A stretch of 64,000 nucleotides of DNA from Selaginella moellendorffii (GCF_000143415.4 NW_003314305.1:743709-807708); one strand, 5' to 3'; shown: positions 22,729 through 35,089, numbered from the stretch's first letter. A program made the numbers and translations. The notes: generated by a model from the sequence alone, not told the origin.

Positions 22729-24804
22729 TTACTTTGATTTGAGCAAAAGATCTATTCTCTTTTGCTCTAGTCTCGCCACCTCATCTTGCATGCCCGCGGA
22801 GGAAAAGACCTTGGAGAGACAGACATAAAGCCCCGAATCCTCCGGAACCAAAGAGATCACTTCATTCGCCACCTCTCTCCCAAGCTTGGAATCTCCATGA
22901 ACGCTACAAGCACTGACAAGAGCCGACCACGCAGGGAAATCCGCCTCAAATGGCATGCTAACGATCAAATCCCGAGCCTCCCGGAGCTTCCCGGCGCGAC
23001 ACAAGAGATCAACCATGCAATGGAAGTGCTCGCCATTGGGATCCAATCCACAGTCTTGCATTGCGAGAAACAATTCCCTCGACTTCTCGAAGAACCCACT
23101 CCGGCTACAACCCACCAGAGAGCTCGTGAAAGTCACAGTGGTCGGAGAAGCTCCACACTGGAGCATTTCCCTCAAGAGCTCCAGAGCGTCGGGCATATGC
23201 CCAAACTGGGCATATGCTCCGATCATCGCATTCCACAGGATAGGATCTACTGTGGACAAGCCATCAAACATTGCCCTTGCCCGTACGAGATCTCCACACT
23301 TGCCGTACATAGTCACCAGTGCGTTGAGCACTTTGCCGTGGAGTTTGTACCCGCTGTCCACGATAACTCCGTGCAAGAGCCTCCCCACCGCCCGATCCGC
23401 GACCGCCGTACACGCATCGACGGCCGAGACAAACGTGCTCTCGCTGGGGTTCACCCCCTCGAGATCCATTGTACGGAAGATCTCCAGGGCCTCGTGGCCG
23501 TGACCGTTGTGCGAATATGCCGCCACCATTGCGTTCCACGCCACCACGTCACGCTCCAGCATGGCGTCAAAGGCCCGCCTGGCAGCGCCCACGTCACCGC
23601 ACTTGCCGTACATGTTCACCACCGAGGTGGCCACCATCAGATGGGCCGCGTAGCCGCTCTCCTCCGCGCAAGCGTGTACGGTCTTGCCCTCTTCCAGTGT
23701 GGGGCACGAATCCAGCAGATTCGCGAAAGTGGCGCTGTCCGGGGCGATTCCATTGAGATCCATTAGCCGGAAGCAATCCAGGGCTTGGCGATGGAATCCA
23801 CTTCGCCCAAACGCGACCATCATTATGTTCCAGGAGATGTGATCGCGCCCGGGCATGGAATCGAAGAGCGATTTGGCATCGTTGAGGTTCTCGCCCACCA
23901 GATACGCGCAGAGCAGCGCATTCCAGGCTGCGATCTCGTCGCTCTTGCTCGCCATCTCCAGGGAGTCGAATATCCGCTTGGCATCGCCCGGGCTGCCACA
24001 CCGGCCGTACGCATTGACCAGTGCCGTACACACCTTGTAGTCGCACGTACACCCAAGAGTCAACGCCGCGTCGTACAGTGCGTCTGCGAGCCGCAGCTCC
24101 CCGACCCTGCCGCACGCGTCCAGCGCAGAGATGAGCGACACGTGGTTGGGCGTGACGCCGTCGATGTCCATGGACTTAAAGAGATCGACGGTCTGGGTGT
24201 CGTGCCCGCTCTGGGCATATGCTGCGAGCATGGCGTTCCACGACACAATGTCTCGCTGCTCCATCCCATCAAACAAGGCCTTGGCACGCTGGAGATGCCC
24301 GTTCTGGGAATATGCCGTGACCATTGCGTTATACGTCACCATGGTCCTTTGTGGCGACCGGTCAAAGATCTCCTTGGCCTCCTCCAGACGCCCGTTCTGG
24401 GCATATGCCGTGATCATGATATTCCAGGAATAAACGTTCCTCCTCTCACCCAGGGAGTCGAATATTCCCCTCGCGGCATGGAGGTGGCCGCATTTCCCGT
24501 ACAGCTGGGTGAGGAGATTGCAAAGGTAGGAGCTCTGTCCGTACTCTCCCTTGGAGATGAGGGTGTGGAGGTCGCGGCCCTCGGTGAGAGCTTTGAATTC
24601 GATGCATTTCCGGAGGAGAGAAGCGTAGTCGTTGTCATCTAGATGCTGGTGATCGACCTGGAGATGCTGGATGACCTCTTTCAATCGCGATCGATTTGGA
24701 ATCGAGACGAAGGATTTGCCAGGCTCAGTTGAAGAATCACAAAAAGAAGAAGAAGACTTCGTAGTTGAGTAGCAAGAACTCGTAGCATCCAGAACTCTAC
24801 ACAT
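22729..24804 (-). CDS. PLS-class pentatricopeptide repeat protein with E domain (putative organellar RNA-editing factor), 691 aa
   Basis: Intact intronless ORF of P/L/S motifs ending HFHCMVDLLCRAGKLREA...WSALVSACSVHGD...PEDSGLYVCLS. No DYW domain. Confidence 0.95.
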   Translation of the reverse strand: MCRVLDATSSCYSTTKSSSSFCDSSTEPGKSFVSIPNRSRLKEVIQHLQVDHQHLDDNDYASLLRKCIEFKALTEGRDLHTLISKGEYGQSSYLCNLLTQLYGKCGHLHAARGIFDSLGERRNVYSWNIMITAYAQNGRLEEAKEIFDRSPQRTMVTYNAMVTAYSQNGHLQRAKALFDGMEQRDIVSWNAMLAAYAQSGHDTQTVDLFKSMDIDGVTPNHVSLISALDACGRVGELRLADALYDAALTLGCTCDYKVCTALVNAYGRCGSPGDAKRIFDSLEMASKSDEIAAWNALLCAYLVGENLNDAKSLFDSMPGRDHISWNIMMVAFGRSGFHRQALDCFRLMDLNGIAPDSATFANLLDSCPTLEEGKTVHACAEESGYAAHLMVATSVVNMYGKCGDVGAARRAFDAMLERDVVAWNAMVAAYSHNGHGHEALEIFRTMDLEGVNPSESTFVSAVDACTAVADRAVGRLLHGVIVDSGYKLHGKVLNALVTMYGKCGDLVRARAMFDGLSTVDPILWNAMIGAYAQFGHMPDALELLREMLQCGASPTTVTFTSSLVGCSRSGFFEKSRELFLAMQDCGLDPNGEHFHCMVDLLCRAGKLREARDLIVSMPFEADFPAWSALVSACSVHGDSKLGREVANEVISLVPEDSGLYVCLSKVFSSAGMQDEVARLEQKRIDLLLKSK

Positions 24805-24873
24805 TACAATAATTTAGTTTCTCCTTAAATTTATATTCTGATAATCCACAAACACACACCAAATATTTATTCA

Positions 24874-26798
24874 TTACGAGTTGATCTCTTCAGTCTTAAG
24901 CTTGTCGGATTTGCGCATTCTATGAAAGATTAGAACGACTGCTGCCACAAAGATAACAAATTCCAGTGAGCACACCCAAAATAAGATTGACCACCTGGGC
25001 ATCACTTCAATAGTGGAGGTGGTGGTGACCAAAAAGCTGATACCGTTCAACGGCTGGATGATTGTTCCAGAGGTGGCAAGACAACGCTTTAGTTCCACCT
25101 CTTTGATCATCTGAAATATGCTGAATGTGTTCCATATCATCACTCCAATGAGGATTAAGGCCCGTGCAAATGTTCTAAGCACTGAAAGTTGAAACTCTGT
25201 CCAATCAAATCTGATGAGCGACTTCTCAAAGTTCTCCGATGACTTGGCAAACATTCCCCAGATTGTGGCCCCGATCGTGAAGATCGCCACCAAGATCTCA
25301 AAGAGAACTTCAGCTCTCTTTGAAGACCCCTTCTCCCATTCCTTGAGGGCGAACCTCTTTATGTCCGCAACGTTTGCAAAGACATCCAGTTGCTGTGCTA
25401 GCATTGACATTTCTCCCGAGGACTTGAGCTTCGTCATGCTTAGCATGCACAAGTTCTGGCTCAGTGCTACTTGTCCTTGATCCGTGCCACAGTAGACGTC
25501 CTCTTGTGTGTTGCCAATGGGAACTTTATAATCAAACGTCGCTCTCATCCCCGATGCAGCAAGTGGGAATCGAAATATCATTTGACCGCTGTGAGAATAA
25601 TCAACGTTTGCCATGCCTTGAAGGGAACAGTCCTGGGAGATGGTTGTAAGAGGTTTTTCAACCGGGTGTTGCTCCAGCCATCCCTGAACACACGAGCTTA
25701 CGTTCTTTATGATCCCATAGTTAACGTCCTTCATCGCCTCTGAAAAGTATACAGCTGAACCAGAGCTAAATGTCACTTCAAAAGTGAATGATCCGTTTCG
25801 TTTGAGGCTGTATGTAGAGAACGTTGGAATGCCCTCAAGATTCCAAAGAGTGGAAGTCCTGCTATTACAGCTTGTAGAATTCAGCTTCAAAGGAGATATG
25901 CCTTGGTCCGAATCTGACAGCCGCGTCAAGTTGCTGTCAATGATGCAAACGTTCCCATCACAGCCACACTGATGGGTTGGAAATCCCAAATACGATATTA
26001 CATCCGGAATGATGAAAATGGGCTTGAATGCTTCACATACGTTTCCTTGGTACACATACTTGTTAACGTTGTTTCCCTTGTCTTTGTCAAGCGTGAGCCC
26101 AAGTTGAGTTCTAGCGTTACTCGCAAAGTTGGTCAAGTAATCTTCCCAGGGCAAATACAGGGAGCTGCTGCTCACCGAAAACATGTCTGACGAGGCCTTT
26201 CTGTACGGAACGCCCACCATGAGGACCGGATAAGAGCCCGTACCATTTGCATGGAGCTTGTTTGTCCAAACTACAGGAGCAGTGAAGGGCACGGCTCGCC
26301 AGTCGTTCTGGGCAAAGTGATGCAGAGTCGAACACTCATCCCCCAGTTGATAGACATCTCCCAAGCCAAACCTTTGCTTACATGGTGAAGGACTCCTCCT
26401 AGAACGTGGGGATCTGGAGAGTTGAACATGCTTGTACCATTCGATCGGGCATCTTTCATTCCAGAGATTCTCCATACACTTGCCCGCTGGTAGCCAAGAG
26501 TGCCTTTCTCGTCGAGCTTAAGTGCCATTGGAAGTGAGGAGCCAATTGCCCACTTGTAGAATGGATCGTTGTTTATAGCGTAGTAACTGGCCTCCCAGCA
26601 GGTAGAACCGTGATCTTGTGCGAGATCAGGAAAGTAATAACCAGGAGATGATGATGATTTTATCATTCTAGGAACCCAAACGTTGATGCATATTAAGGAA
26701 GCAAGGACAAGTGAGACCAAAACCACAATACATTTCATCTTGATGTTTTTGAAATCCTTTGGTCTCACGCTCCTTTCTTGAGGGTGCTGCCGGACCAT
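24874..26798 (-). pseudogene. Unknown membrane-protein family, divergent copy C (single 1-nt frameshift at about 26287; possibly a sequencing error)
   Basis: ORF 26271-26798 aligns to the N-terminus of copy B (STCWEA, DPFY.W, GTL.YQRAS.WR.SG, SPDPH.LGG, WGMSVR.C). ORF 24874-26475 aligns to the rest (VGVPYRKAS, YLTNF.SNART, C.CDGN.C, FLVTTTST). Confidence 0.85.
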
Positions 26799-26947
26799 GT
26801 ATATAGCATGGGCTCAGATTATCTAAATTGAAGATTCTGACATATTCTTGCTCTCGTGCTTCACCAGTAAGTCAAATTTTGCTTATGATATCTGAATTTT
26901 TTTTTCTGAAATATTTGCATCCATTACATTGAACCCATTCCCCCCCA

Positions 26948-26984
26948 AAAAAAATAAAAATAAAAATAAAAATAAAAATAAAAA
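26948..26984. repeat. (AAAAAT)n microsatellite
   Basis: About five to six tandem AAAAAT units. Confidence 0.85.
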
Positions 26985-28243
26985 CTGTGATAACAAAGTA
27001 AGTGATGATTCAGTTTTGACATATTCTTCAGTTTGGAATTTTCTAAGTAAGTGTGGTTTTGACTTTCTTTATAGAAAAAAAAATTACTTCTTCCTACATA
27101 TAGAAGCATCCTATGATACTTCTTCTTCTAATATTAAACTTACTGAAAGTTTGTAGGTATCACAAAAGAATATTTTAGATGTTGGTAGGCCTCATACATA
27201 CACACATATAAATGTGTAAATCTTCCTTCCATACAAACAATAAATTTAGTTATCAAAAATAATACACTAGTTCTGCAAAGTTAATAAAATATAAATATTT
27301 AAAATTAAATAGTGATAAATATTAATCTACACTTTGTGAGATCTATGATACCAAGGGTAGCTTTGATTATCCTTAAAAAATGCTTTGATTTGTGCTTTTG
27401 GTTTAAATCTAATTTTTGTATTGTTTAAATTATTTTTTTTGTAGCTTTATAATTTCTTCTTTGGTACTTTCTTTTTTTCATTTAGCTTTACGATAAAGTA
27501 GTAGCTTTCTCGTTCTTTGACTCTAAAGCAACAATTAGTGTAATTATTGATGTTATATGGTTGCAATTGAACAATTATATTTAGTTGTTGGTAACATTTA
27601 TAGTGTATGGTGTAATTCATTTTGCTCTTGCTACCAATCCTCACATATAACCAGAATTCTTTTGTAGGAATGTTAGGGATGATGTGTATTATTGATTCAA
27701 TTATTTTATGGTAATTGCCATCTATCATTTTTTGGGATAATGTTTGACATTTGAGTTTCTCACGTATTTCTAAAGGATAGTATAATGGTTTAAGCCTAGC
27801 CCTTAAATGAACTTTAACCCCCCAAATAAAATATCCTCTCTCACACTTAAAATATATTTTAGAGGGAATATTTAAAGAATTATTTGCTTCAAGATGCTTT
27901 ATCATAAACATACTTAACTCGTTTTATCTCATTGTGTCTTGTACTGGTTAATGACAAAAACCTATGTATATTGAGCTATAATCCTTTAATATTGCTACAT
28001 GATAGTTTAATGTATTCATCAAAAACCCTCACTACTATGTCCTATGTGTAAATTCTATTTCAATCCCATTGGCTATTTATAGAAAGTGTATAAATTTTCT
28101 AGTTAGGCATATCTATAGAATATAGAAATTATTTTGACCATAATAGTGTTGTTCCCATATCTAAATTTGCAATCTAGTGCCACTACATATTTAGTAAATT
28201 TTCATGATTGTCCTAGAGATTAACTCCTAAGATTGGAGTGAAA

Positions 28244-28801
28244 TGTAAGCTCTTGAATTTGGACTTTCCGGGAGGTCACCCAGCCCAGTATTATTCAAAC
28301 CCAAGGACGCTTAACCCCAAATATCCCAAGACCCTTAACCGATTGGAAAAGGGGGTGCACTTTTGTTCATGGGCCCTTTCCCTCTATATTTGAACCCCAA
28401 CGGATCGTCTCTCGAGTCGTTCCCTTTGGTTGCTTGCAATCCACCACGCTTCCCTACAAGTTCACGCCCTCGTGAACGGAAGCTGAGAGCCGCAGCTCTC
28501 CCGAGAGCGACTTGACACCCTACCCCTCGGGTCGAACCCAGCGGGAGCAAATTGGACCAGCTAGATGTCAATCAACATGTGGTGTGATTCCCTTAGCCAA
28601 CCAACAGAGTCGGACCCGAGACCGCTCTGATACCAAATGTAAGCTCTTGAATTTGGACTTCCCGGGAGGTCACCCAACCCAGTACTATTCAAACCCAAGG
28701 ACGCTTAACCCCAAATATCTCAAGACCCTTAACCGATTGGAAAAGGGGGTGCACGAACCCCAACGGATCATCTCTCGAGTCGTTCCCTTTGGTTGCTTGC
28801 A
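28244..28801 (-). mobile_element. Cassandra-type TRIM (non-autonomous LTR retrotransposon with 5S rRNA-derived LTRs)
   Basis: TG...CA LTRs at 28244-28438 and 28638-28801; 5-bp TSD TGAAA at 28239-28243 and 28802-28806; PBS TGGTATCAGAGC (- strand, 28624-28635); purine tract ..GTGGTGGAT next to the left LTR; 5S core at 28261-28315 and 28655-28709. Confidence 0.93.
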
Positions 28802-28834
28802 TGAAAGCCCAAAGCATATGTTTCTTGTGTTATG

Positions 28835-29538
28835 CCATTGATATGCTAAAATAATGCAAAATTTTATTTGGCTTTATTTTGCATGTTAGTTTTGACATTA
28901 AGATGTTAGATGTTCTAAAACTATCTTAATATCTTTTTATGCTCTTATCCCTTCACTTTTTAGCTATATGTTTGGGAATTTAGTCTTGTCCTTTTGTTCA
29001 GTGGCCCAAAGCTTTAACACTCTCTTGCCCTTGGCTATGTGTCTAAGGGTTTATATTTAGCTCTATGGTTATTCTATGGTAAAACATTATAAGATAAAGG
29101 GTAAAAACCATATGTATTACAATTATACATATAGATCTTTCTTAGCCTCATTGTTCATTTTTACTTTAGTGTATACAACATGATTAGTTTCCCAATCTTG
29201 CTAAATAGTATTTATTGAGACTAATTCTCTTATATCAATATAATACATATAGTTTTTACCCTATACCCTATAGTGAAATACTATAGAATAACTATGAAGC
29301 CAAACTTAACATTTGGACATGTGTACCAAGAGTATTCAAGTGGAATTTGAATTTTAAAACATTATACTACTGAATAAAGAGACGTATTTAGGAGAACTCC
29401 CAAATATACAACCAAGGAGCAAAAAAACATAAGAAGACCAACATTAAAATAACCTTAGAATATCAAATATTCAACACTAGCATTAACATATAAAATAGAG
29501 CTAAATAAAGTTTAGTGTTATTTTCATCATATTAGTGA
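28835..29538. mobile_element. Degenerate AT-rich foldback / MITE-like element
   Basis: Imperfect inverted arms at about 28835-29110 and 29253-29538. A related partial copy lies at about 31190-31483. Confidence 0.55.
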
Positions 29539-32500
29539 AGAATGATGAGGTGATGGCTTAGATAGTGGTAGCATTACATGGTTTATACCATTAAAAAAAT
29601 CCTTTTATGACTTGATCTTTAATATTTTAGCCTATCAATCTATGATTTACTTGTTTTTATTTTTCATTTGAACTTCTTATTTTTAAAAGTTTTTTTGCAC
29701 TTTGTTGCTATGAGCTTTATGTTTGATCCTAAATGACAAATTTCATCTAGAGTTGAAGGAAATCTTGATTGCATTTTCTCTTTCTTGTCGTTTCATCATA
29801 GGTGGAGAAGTTACATTACATACTTATCTACTGATATTTAAAAGAATGAATCTAGATTTAAGGGATTTTATAAATAAAATCTGGCTTTAGTTAATTAAAT
29901 AGATAGATATATTTATAAATTGTATATACTCGTAAGTGAAATAAAACACCTTAGTCTACTATATATTTGCATGGTGTCAAGAGCTCATTGTTGAGAGAAG
30001 GGGAGTACTTATGAAATACTAAAATAATAGAGAAGAAAAGTTGAATTTATAATAAAGAGAAAAATTAACTTGGGTATAGGTCTATACTAATATTATATGC
30101 CTATCCATATGTATAGCAAGTTTTTAATTCAAATTGTATAAGTAAAAGTTTCAAGTTTGATTCCCACCATAGTCAGCAGTGTTAAATATACTCAACAAAT
30201 ATAAAAATATGGCAAATATATAATATCATTTTATGGTTTGGATATTAAGTACCAATTAGCAATTAAAGTGGTGTAAAATCACAGTTAAAAGGATTTCTTT
30301 AATAGAAATTCACAACTAACTTAAAAGCATGAGTATAATGAGATGAATATGAGACACAAATCTAAAGTAGATTAAAAGGGTGTTACATGGCAGTGGTCAA
30401 AGCGAAATTTTAACAAATGTAACACGTCTGGACTAAAAACCTCTAACTCGGAAAGTTAAAAGTGGGAGTGGAACTCTTAAAGAAGTATTCAAGGATGAGT
30501 ACGAAACAATTAGTGAACAAGAGAAAGAGACACAAAAAGGACCAATACATGGCAAAAGTGCAATATAGTAGTGGTATAAGTGAAAGTTTAATGAGCATAT
30601 AAGAAGGACTAACATATGGCAAATGTTGTGACATGTGAAAGTGTCAAAACTGAGTCCAAGAAAGAGTCTAAGATGGAACTCAAGGTTGAGTTTAAGATGG
30701 AAGCCAAGATTGAATCCAAATCCGAATACTAATATAAGTCATAAGGTGAAAGCCCATAGTGATTGTTGCCCAAGAAGGGAAGGGAAGAGGGGGTCCAAAA
30801 GTCTAGTAAGTAGAGTGTGGGGGTTAGACTTCAATGGAATCAATTTGGCCAGGAAATGTTAGTGTGACTTAAAAAGGCTACACCTGTATGGTAGATAATG
30901 ATATAACTATTGAGGAATACAAAGTTAAAGTAAGTATAAATGGACAAATGAGGTAACTTAGTGAAGTGTTCAAAAACTGGCTCTAACTCCCTTAAGAGAT
31001 CAAATGGTTAATGCTCCCAATTCAAGTGTGGGTGGCATTACCTACTTAGATACCTAAGAGTGGATATAAATAGATGGATAGGTTAAAGGTATGGTCAATT
31101 AATTTGAGATATTATTTAACTCCTTATTAAATGTATTTATTTTTTATTCTACATTTGATTTGAGTCTAAACCCAAGCTCCATACCATACTAGTTGATAGA
31201 ATACCCATATCTTTGTATTAGGCTATTAGTATATCAAAATAGTATCAAACAATCTTAAAGCATCCAAAATCCTAATGTTAAGATTAATACACAAAATGAA
31301 GCCAAATTGAGTTACTTTATATTTTTATTTCTTCACTTTTTAGTTATATGTTCAAGAGTTCAACTCTATTTCTTCATTCAATGGCCTGAGATTTAAATTC
31401 CACTCCATTAATCTTAGTATATATATTGAAAGGGTTGAATTCCACTTTATATGGTAATGCACTATAAGGTATAGGGTAAAAATATGCTATATGAGCACAA
31501 GTTGAATATTATACTGGTCAAAGAAGAATGTTATGAGAAAGTGTAAACTCTTAATCAATGAAGTTTGTATTAACACCGCTATCATCTAAAACTTATAAAG
31601 AAAAATTAAATTTAATGGGCTGAAAGTGAGTAATGATATTGAAAGGTTTGGAGATCTTTAATGAAGGAATGGAGTTAATATAAGGAAAAGGAGTTGACAC
31701 TCACAACCCTTAATTAGACTAAATATTTTTGTTTTCTAGAACCACAAATGTTACATCCATTGTATAAGTCTGAGAGTGACTGCAAGCTCATGAAAGTGGT
31801 TTACATCATTATAATTCATGTAAAGTTAGTTCTCAATCTAACATCAATATTTAGCCTCAGAAATACACTATTAATATAAAGCTCTAATCTTTATTAGAAC
31901 TATGCTTTACTTATATACACCGAGATTATAATATAGAAAATGAGGCTAAAGATTCAATCTTAAAAGAACTCTCTAGTAAAGTTTCCAAACCATGTTAAAG
32001 ATGGGACTTAGGGTTAGTAACCTGGGACATGACAAGTGCTAAATAGGCTTTTTAAGAAAATGCTTTAAAGCAACTCCCATTCCCAAAATTCCTAAAAGTA
32101 AAATCAATTGTAATGTTCTTGACTCAAGTGGAGTGGTGCCCCACTTGAGTAATTAGTTTTCATCCCTTCTTTGGGGGCTTGGGCCTTCCTTTTGGAATGG
32201 AAGTTGAAAGTTAGGGTATTTATATCAAACTTATGCCACAGTGTTCCCTTTTGAGGTTTCAAACTAAGAAATATACCCAAGGTTTAGGATTTAAAGTACC
32301 CCATAAACAAGTTTTGTTATACCAAGAGATATTAAAAAATTTGAAAGCTTGGTGTACTTAGTTGCTTGTGTTTCTAACGAATGTATTTAAACCTTAAGTT
32401 TAGAGTTTAGAAATCTATGAAAAGATGGCTAACACCAAATTGCTCATATAGTAAGTAGCTATAGCTAAGTAGGACTAAATAGGAGTTAGTACAATATCAT

Positions 32501-33003
32501 CCAAAGTGGATGATTTGGTATTAATTTAAGTTTATGGTATATAGTTTTTCTAAAGAGTTTCTTGCCCAATGGAAGGGATTGTATCAAGTGTTCTGGCAAG
32601 TTGAACCATATATTTATAAGGTTTAACACAATATTCAATAAGTCAATCCTTTAAAAATTATGCATATGCAATCTTCTTTGGATGTTCTTCTAAATACGAG
32701 CCCATTAATATAAAAACCCTAATTGCCTTTTATACTTTTACAAAGAGGGGATGATGTGAGGTTCAAGTATATACTGTGATTATTACTAATATAGTTGCTT
32801 TGACTCACTCTTGTATATAAATTAGGGTTTTTAGGCTAATCAAATATGTATTCCATGCACTCACACATTTATAAGAAATATAACAAAGAAAAAAAAAACC
32901 ACTTATCAGCTACTATATAAATTAGTTTTAGGCTAGTAGCAAAATAATCATAAATAATTCATTTTATTCTAAGAGTATAATATAGCCCCAAATTGATAAT
33001 AAG

Positions 33004-33600
33004 TGGAAGGATAGTAAGAGATGGAGTGTTGGAGTTGAGGTCAAATCTAGGGTGCTTGGCTCCACATTTCTTACTAGAATTCAAGATTAGGCATGGGCTT
33101 CTAGACTCCTCCTCTTGTGCATCATGTCAAATTCAGACTTGAGCTCCATCTCGGATTTAGGCTTGGGCTTGGATATAGACACATATGGGATGAAAGCCTA
33201 AAGCATTTGTCTCTTGAGGCATAATTAACTGTGAGCTTTAAAAGGATAGTAGGGATGGAGTGTTGGCAGCCAAGGTTACACCTTAGATGTTTGTCTCTAA
33301 ATTCTTGCTAGAGTTCCAACTCAAGTACATGCTATCAAGCTTCTCCTCTTTTATCAGACTAGGACTCAGGCTCTATCCCTGACTCGAGTTCAGACTCAAA
33401 CATGGACACATGGGATTAAAGCCTAAAGTACTTATCTCCCTGGCCAGCCATGAGTTCTAGAAGGATAGTAGGAGATGAGTGTTGGGCAGTTGAAATTAAA
33501 TTTCATGTGCCCAGCTCCACTTTTTTTATTAGAGTTCCAGCTTAGATGCAGACTCTTATTTGAGCTCTACTCATGCTCATGTTTAAACTTGAACTGGGAC
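33004..33600. repeat. Degenerate tandem repeat, about 220-235 bp x 2.5
   Basis: AGGATAGTA.G.GATG(G)AGTGTTGG recurs at about 33008, 33243 and 33462; CATATGGGAT.AAAGCCTAAAG recurs at about 33182 and 33408. Confidence 0.65.
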
Positions 33601-34347
33601 AAATAGCCAAAAACTATTGTCCCAAAAAGAGGAAGGACTTTCTTACTTATAGGATGATGGGTGGGGAGTGAAGGCTCTCAGGTTGAATTGCAGCTGTCCA
33701 ACTCTACTTCCCATACAAACAAAAGTTAGCTCGCTTGCTAGTGGTGCCTCAATGGCTCCCCTTGTGTGCCTCACCATGTGGAAGGAAATAGTGCTCAACC
33801 ACCCTAGTGGCAAGCCCATGCAGCATCCTTACTTGATTGGCGATCCAGATGCAAACTCCTAACATGGAATGCTTGAGCAGTGTCACACATGTGATCATAG
33901 AACCCTTAAATTTTGGAGCAACCAAAAGAAGGGCCTCCAAACATAAATAAAAGAGTGAGTTGCTGATTTCTAAATGCTCCCACTTAACTATCCTCTCACC
34001 CTGGGAAATCCTTTATATGGATCAGGATGGAAAGGGGCACATCTCCAAAGAAAATGCACTTCCCTCCTCTGGAAATGCATAGAATTTATTTTTGAATTGA
34101 ATAAAGCCTTTGCAACCTTCTAACTACAATGTGTTTAGGAACTCTGACCACGCCTGGCTAAGACAATGTGTCTAAGAACACCATGTCATCACCTCTTTAA
34201 ATCCATATGCTCATGGGCACTGATGTCCATTTTATATAAAACAGATAATAACGTTCTACGAGATGTAGAATTATTGTTTGAAACAGACAAGTAAATTAAT
34301 TCCTACGAGATGTAGAATTATTTAAGAGAGCAACTATTTTTCATGTG

Positions 34348-35089
34348 TCACTTTGTAGAAGGTAAGCCCGAGCGAGCCCAGCCTCCAAATCCAGGAGCCA
34401 TGTCCACAAGGTTGGCAAATTCCTGCCAAGAAAAAGAATGTAAGAAGAGAGCACAGAAAGTGAATTTAATTTACCAAGGCTTTGAGTTCTTTAGCAGCTG
34501 CTGCAGATCGCATGCCACCCTGACAAGCCTGAGAAACAGAAGTTAAGATTCACAGGCAGCCAGGAAAAAAGAAAAGAAAAGGAGTTCTTCCTTACAATTA
34601 CAAGCTTTGTGTCTTTTGGAAACTTGGCTGAAACTTCTTCCACAAACTTTGGGTTTGAAGCCATGCCTGGAAAAACAGCCACTTCTCAGTAAGTAAAAAT
34701 TTAAAGCCAGACATACCAAAGCCGCTCTTGATCTTGTATGGGATGTTCACAGCGTTCTCCACATGTCCCGCAGAAAACTCCTCAACAGTCCTGATAAGTT
34801 GGAGAGATCAAAATCAGAAACACGAAAACTTCCGCTAGGATCAAAGTTTAGAACACAATTATACCTCACGTCCAAGTATCCATAGCCCTCATCTTTCATC
34901 AGCGCCTGGGCTTCCTGCGCAGAGACAGTCTTAACGCTGTGTTGGCTGATCACACACAGAAAACCAAAAGAAAGCTTTTAGATCGAAGAGATTTCTTCTC
35001 TTGGGTTGGGTCGATCCCAAACCTCGACAAGGAAGAACCCATGACTGACTAGCAAAAATATGGCGCTTGAGCTTAGCTTACCCGTCCAT
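34348..35089 (-). CDS. Single-domain rhodanese / sulfurtransferase (STR16/DIN1-like), multi-exon
   Basis: Exons give YGYLDVR|TVEEFSAGHVENAVNIPY|MASNPKFVEEV|CQGGMRS|NLVDMAPGFGGWARSGLP*. The 5' exon is uncertain. Confidence 0.88.

Noticed and set aside
22786-24642. Long + strand ORFs (326 aa, 285 aa)
   Set aside because: Antisense shadows of the GC-rich PPR gene with no recognisable motifs.
26271-26300. Programmed ribosomal frameshift in copy C
   Set aside because: No slippery heptamer is present, and copies A and B are continuous at this point.
26290-26475. N-terminus MENLWNERCPIEW.. of the 533-aa ORF as a real start
   Set aside because: Family homology over this stretch lies in the other frame (ORF 26271-26798).
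28261-28709. 5S rRNA genes
   Set aside because: Only about 55 nt of the internal 5S region, embedded in LTRs with a PBS and TSD.
27447-30862. ORFs in the AT-rich region (27447-27911, 30635-30862)
   Set aside because: Low-complexity or random composition with no motifs; likely TE debris.
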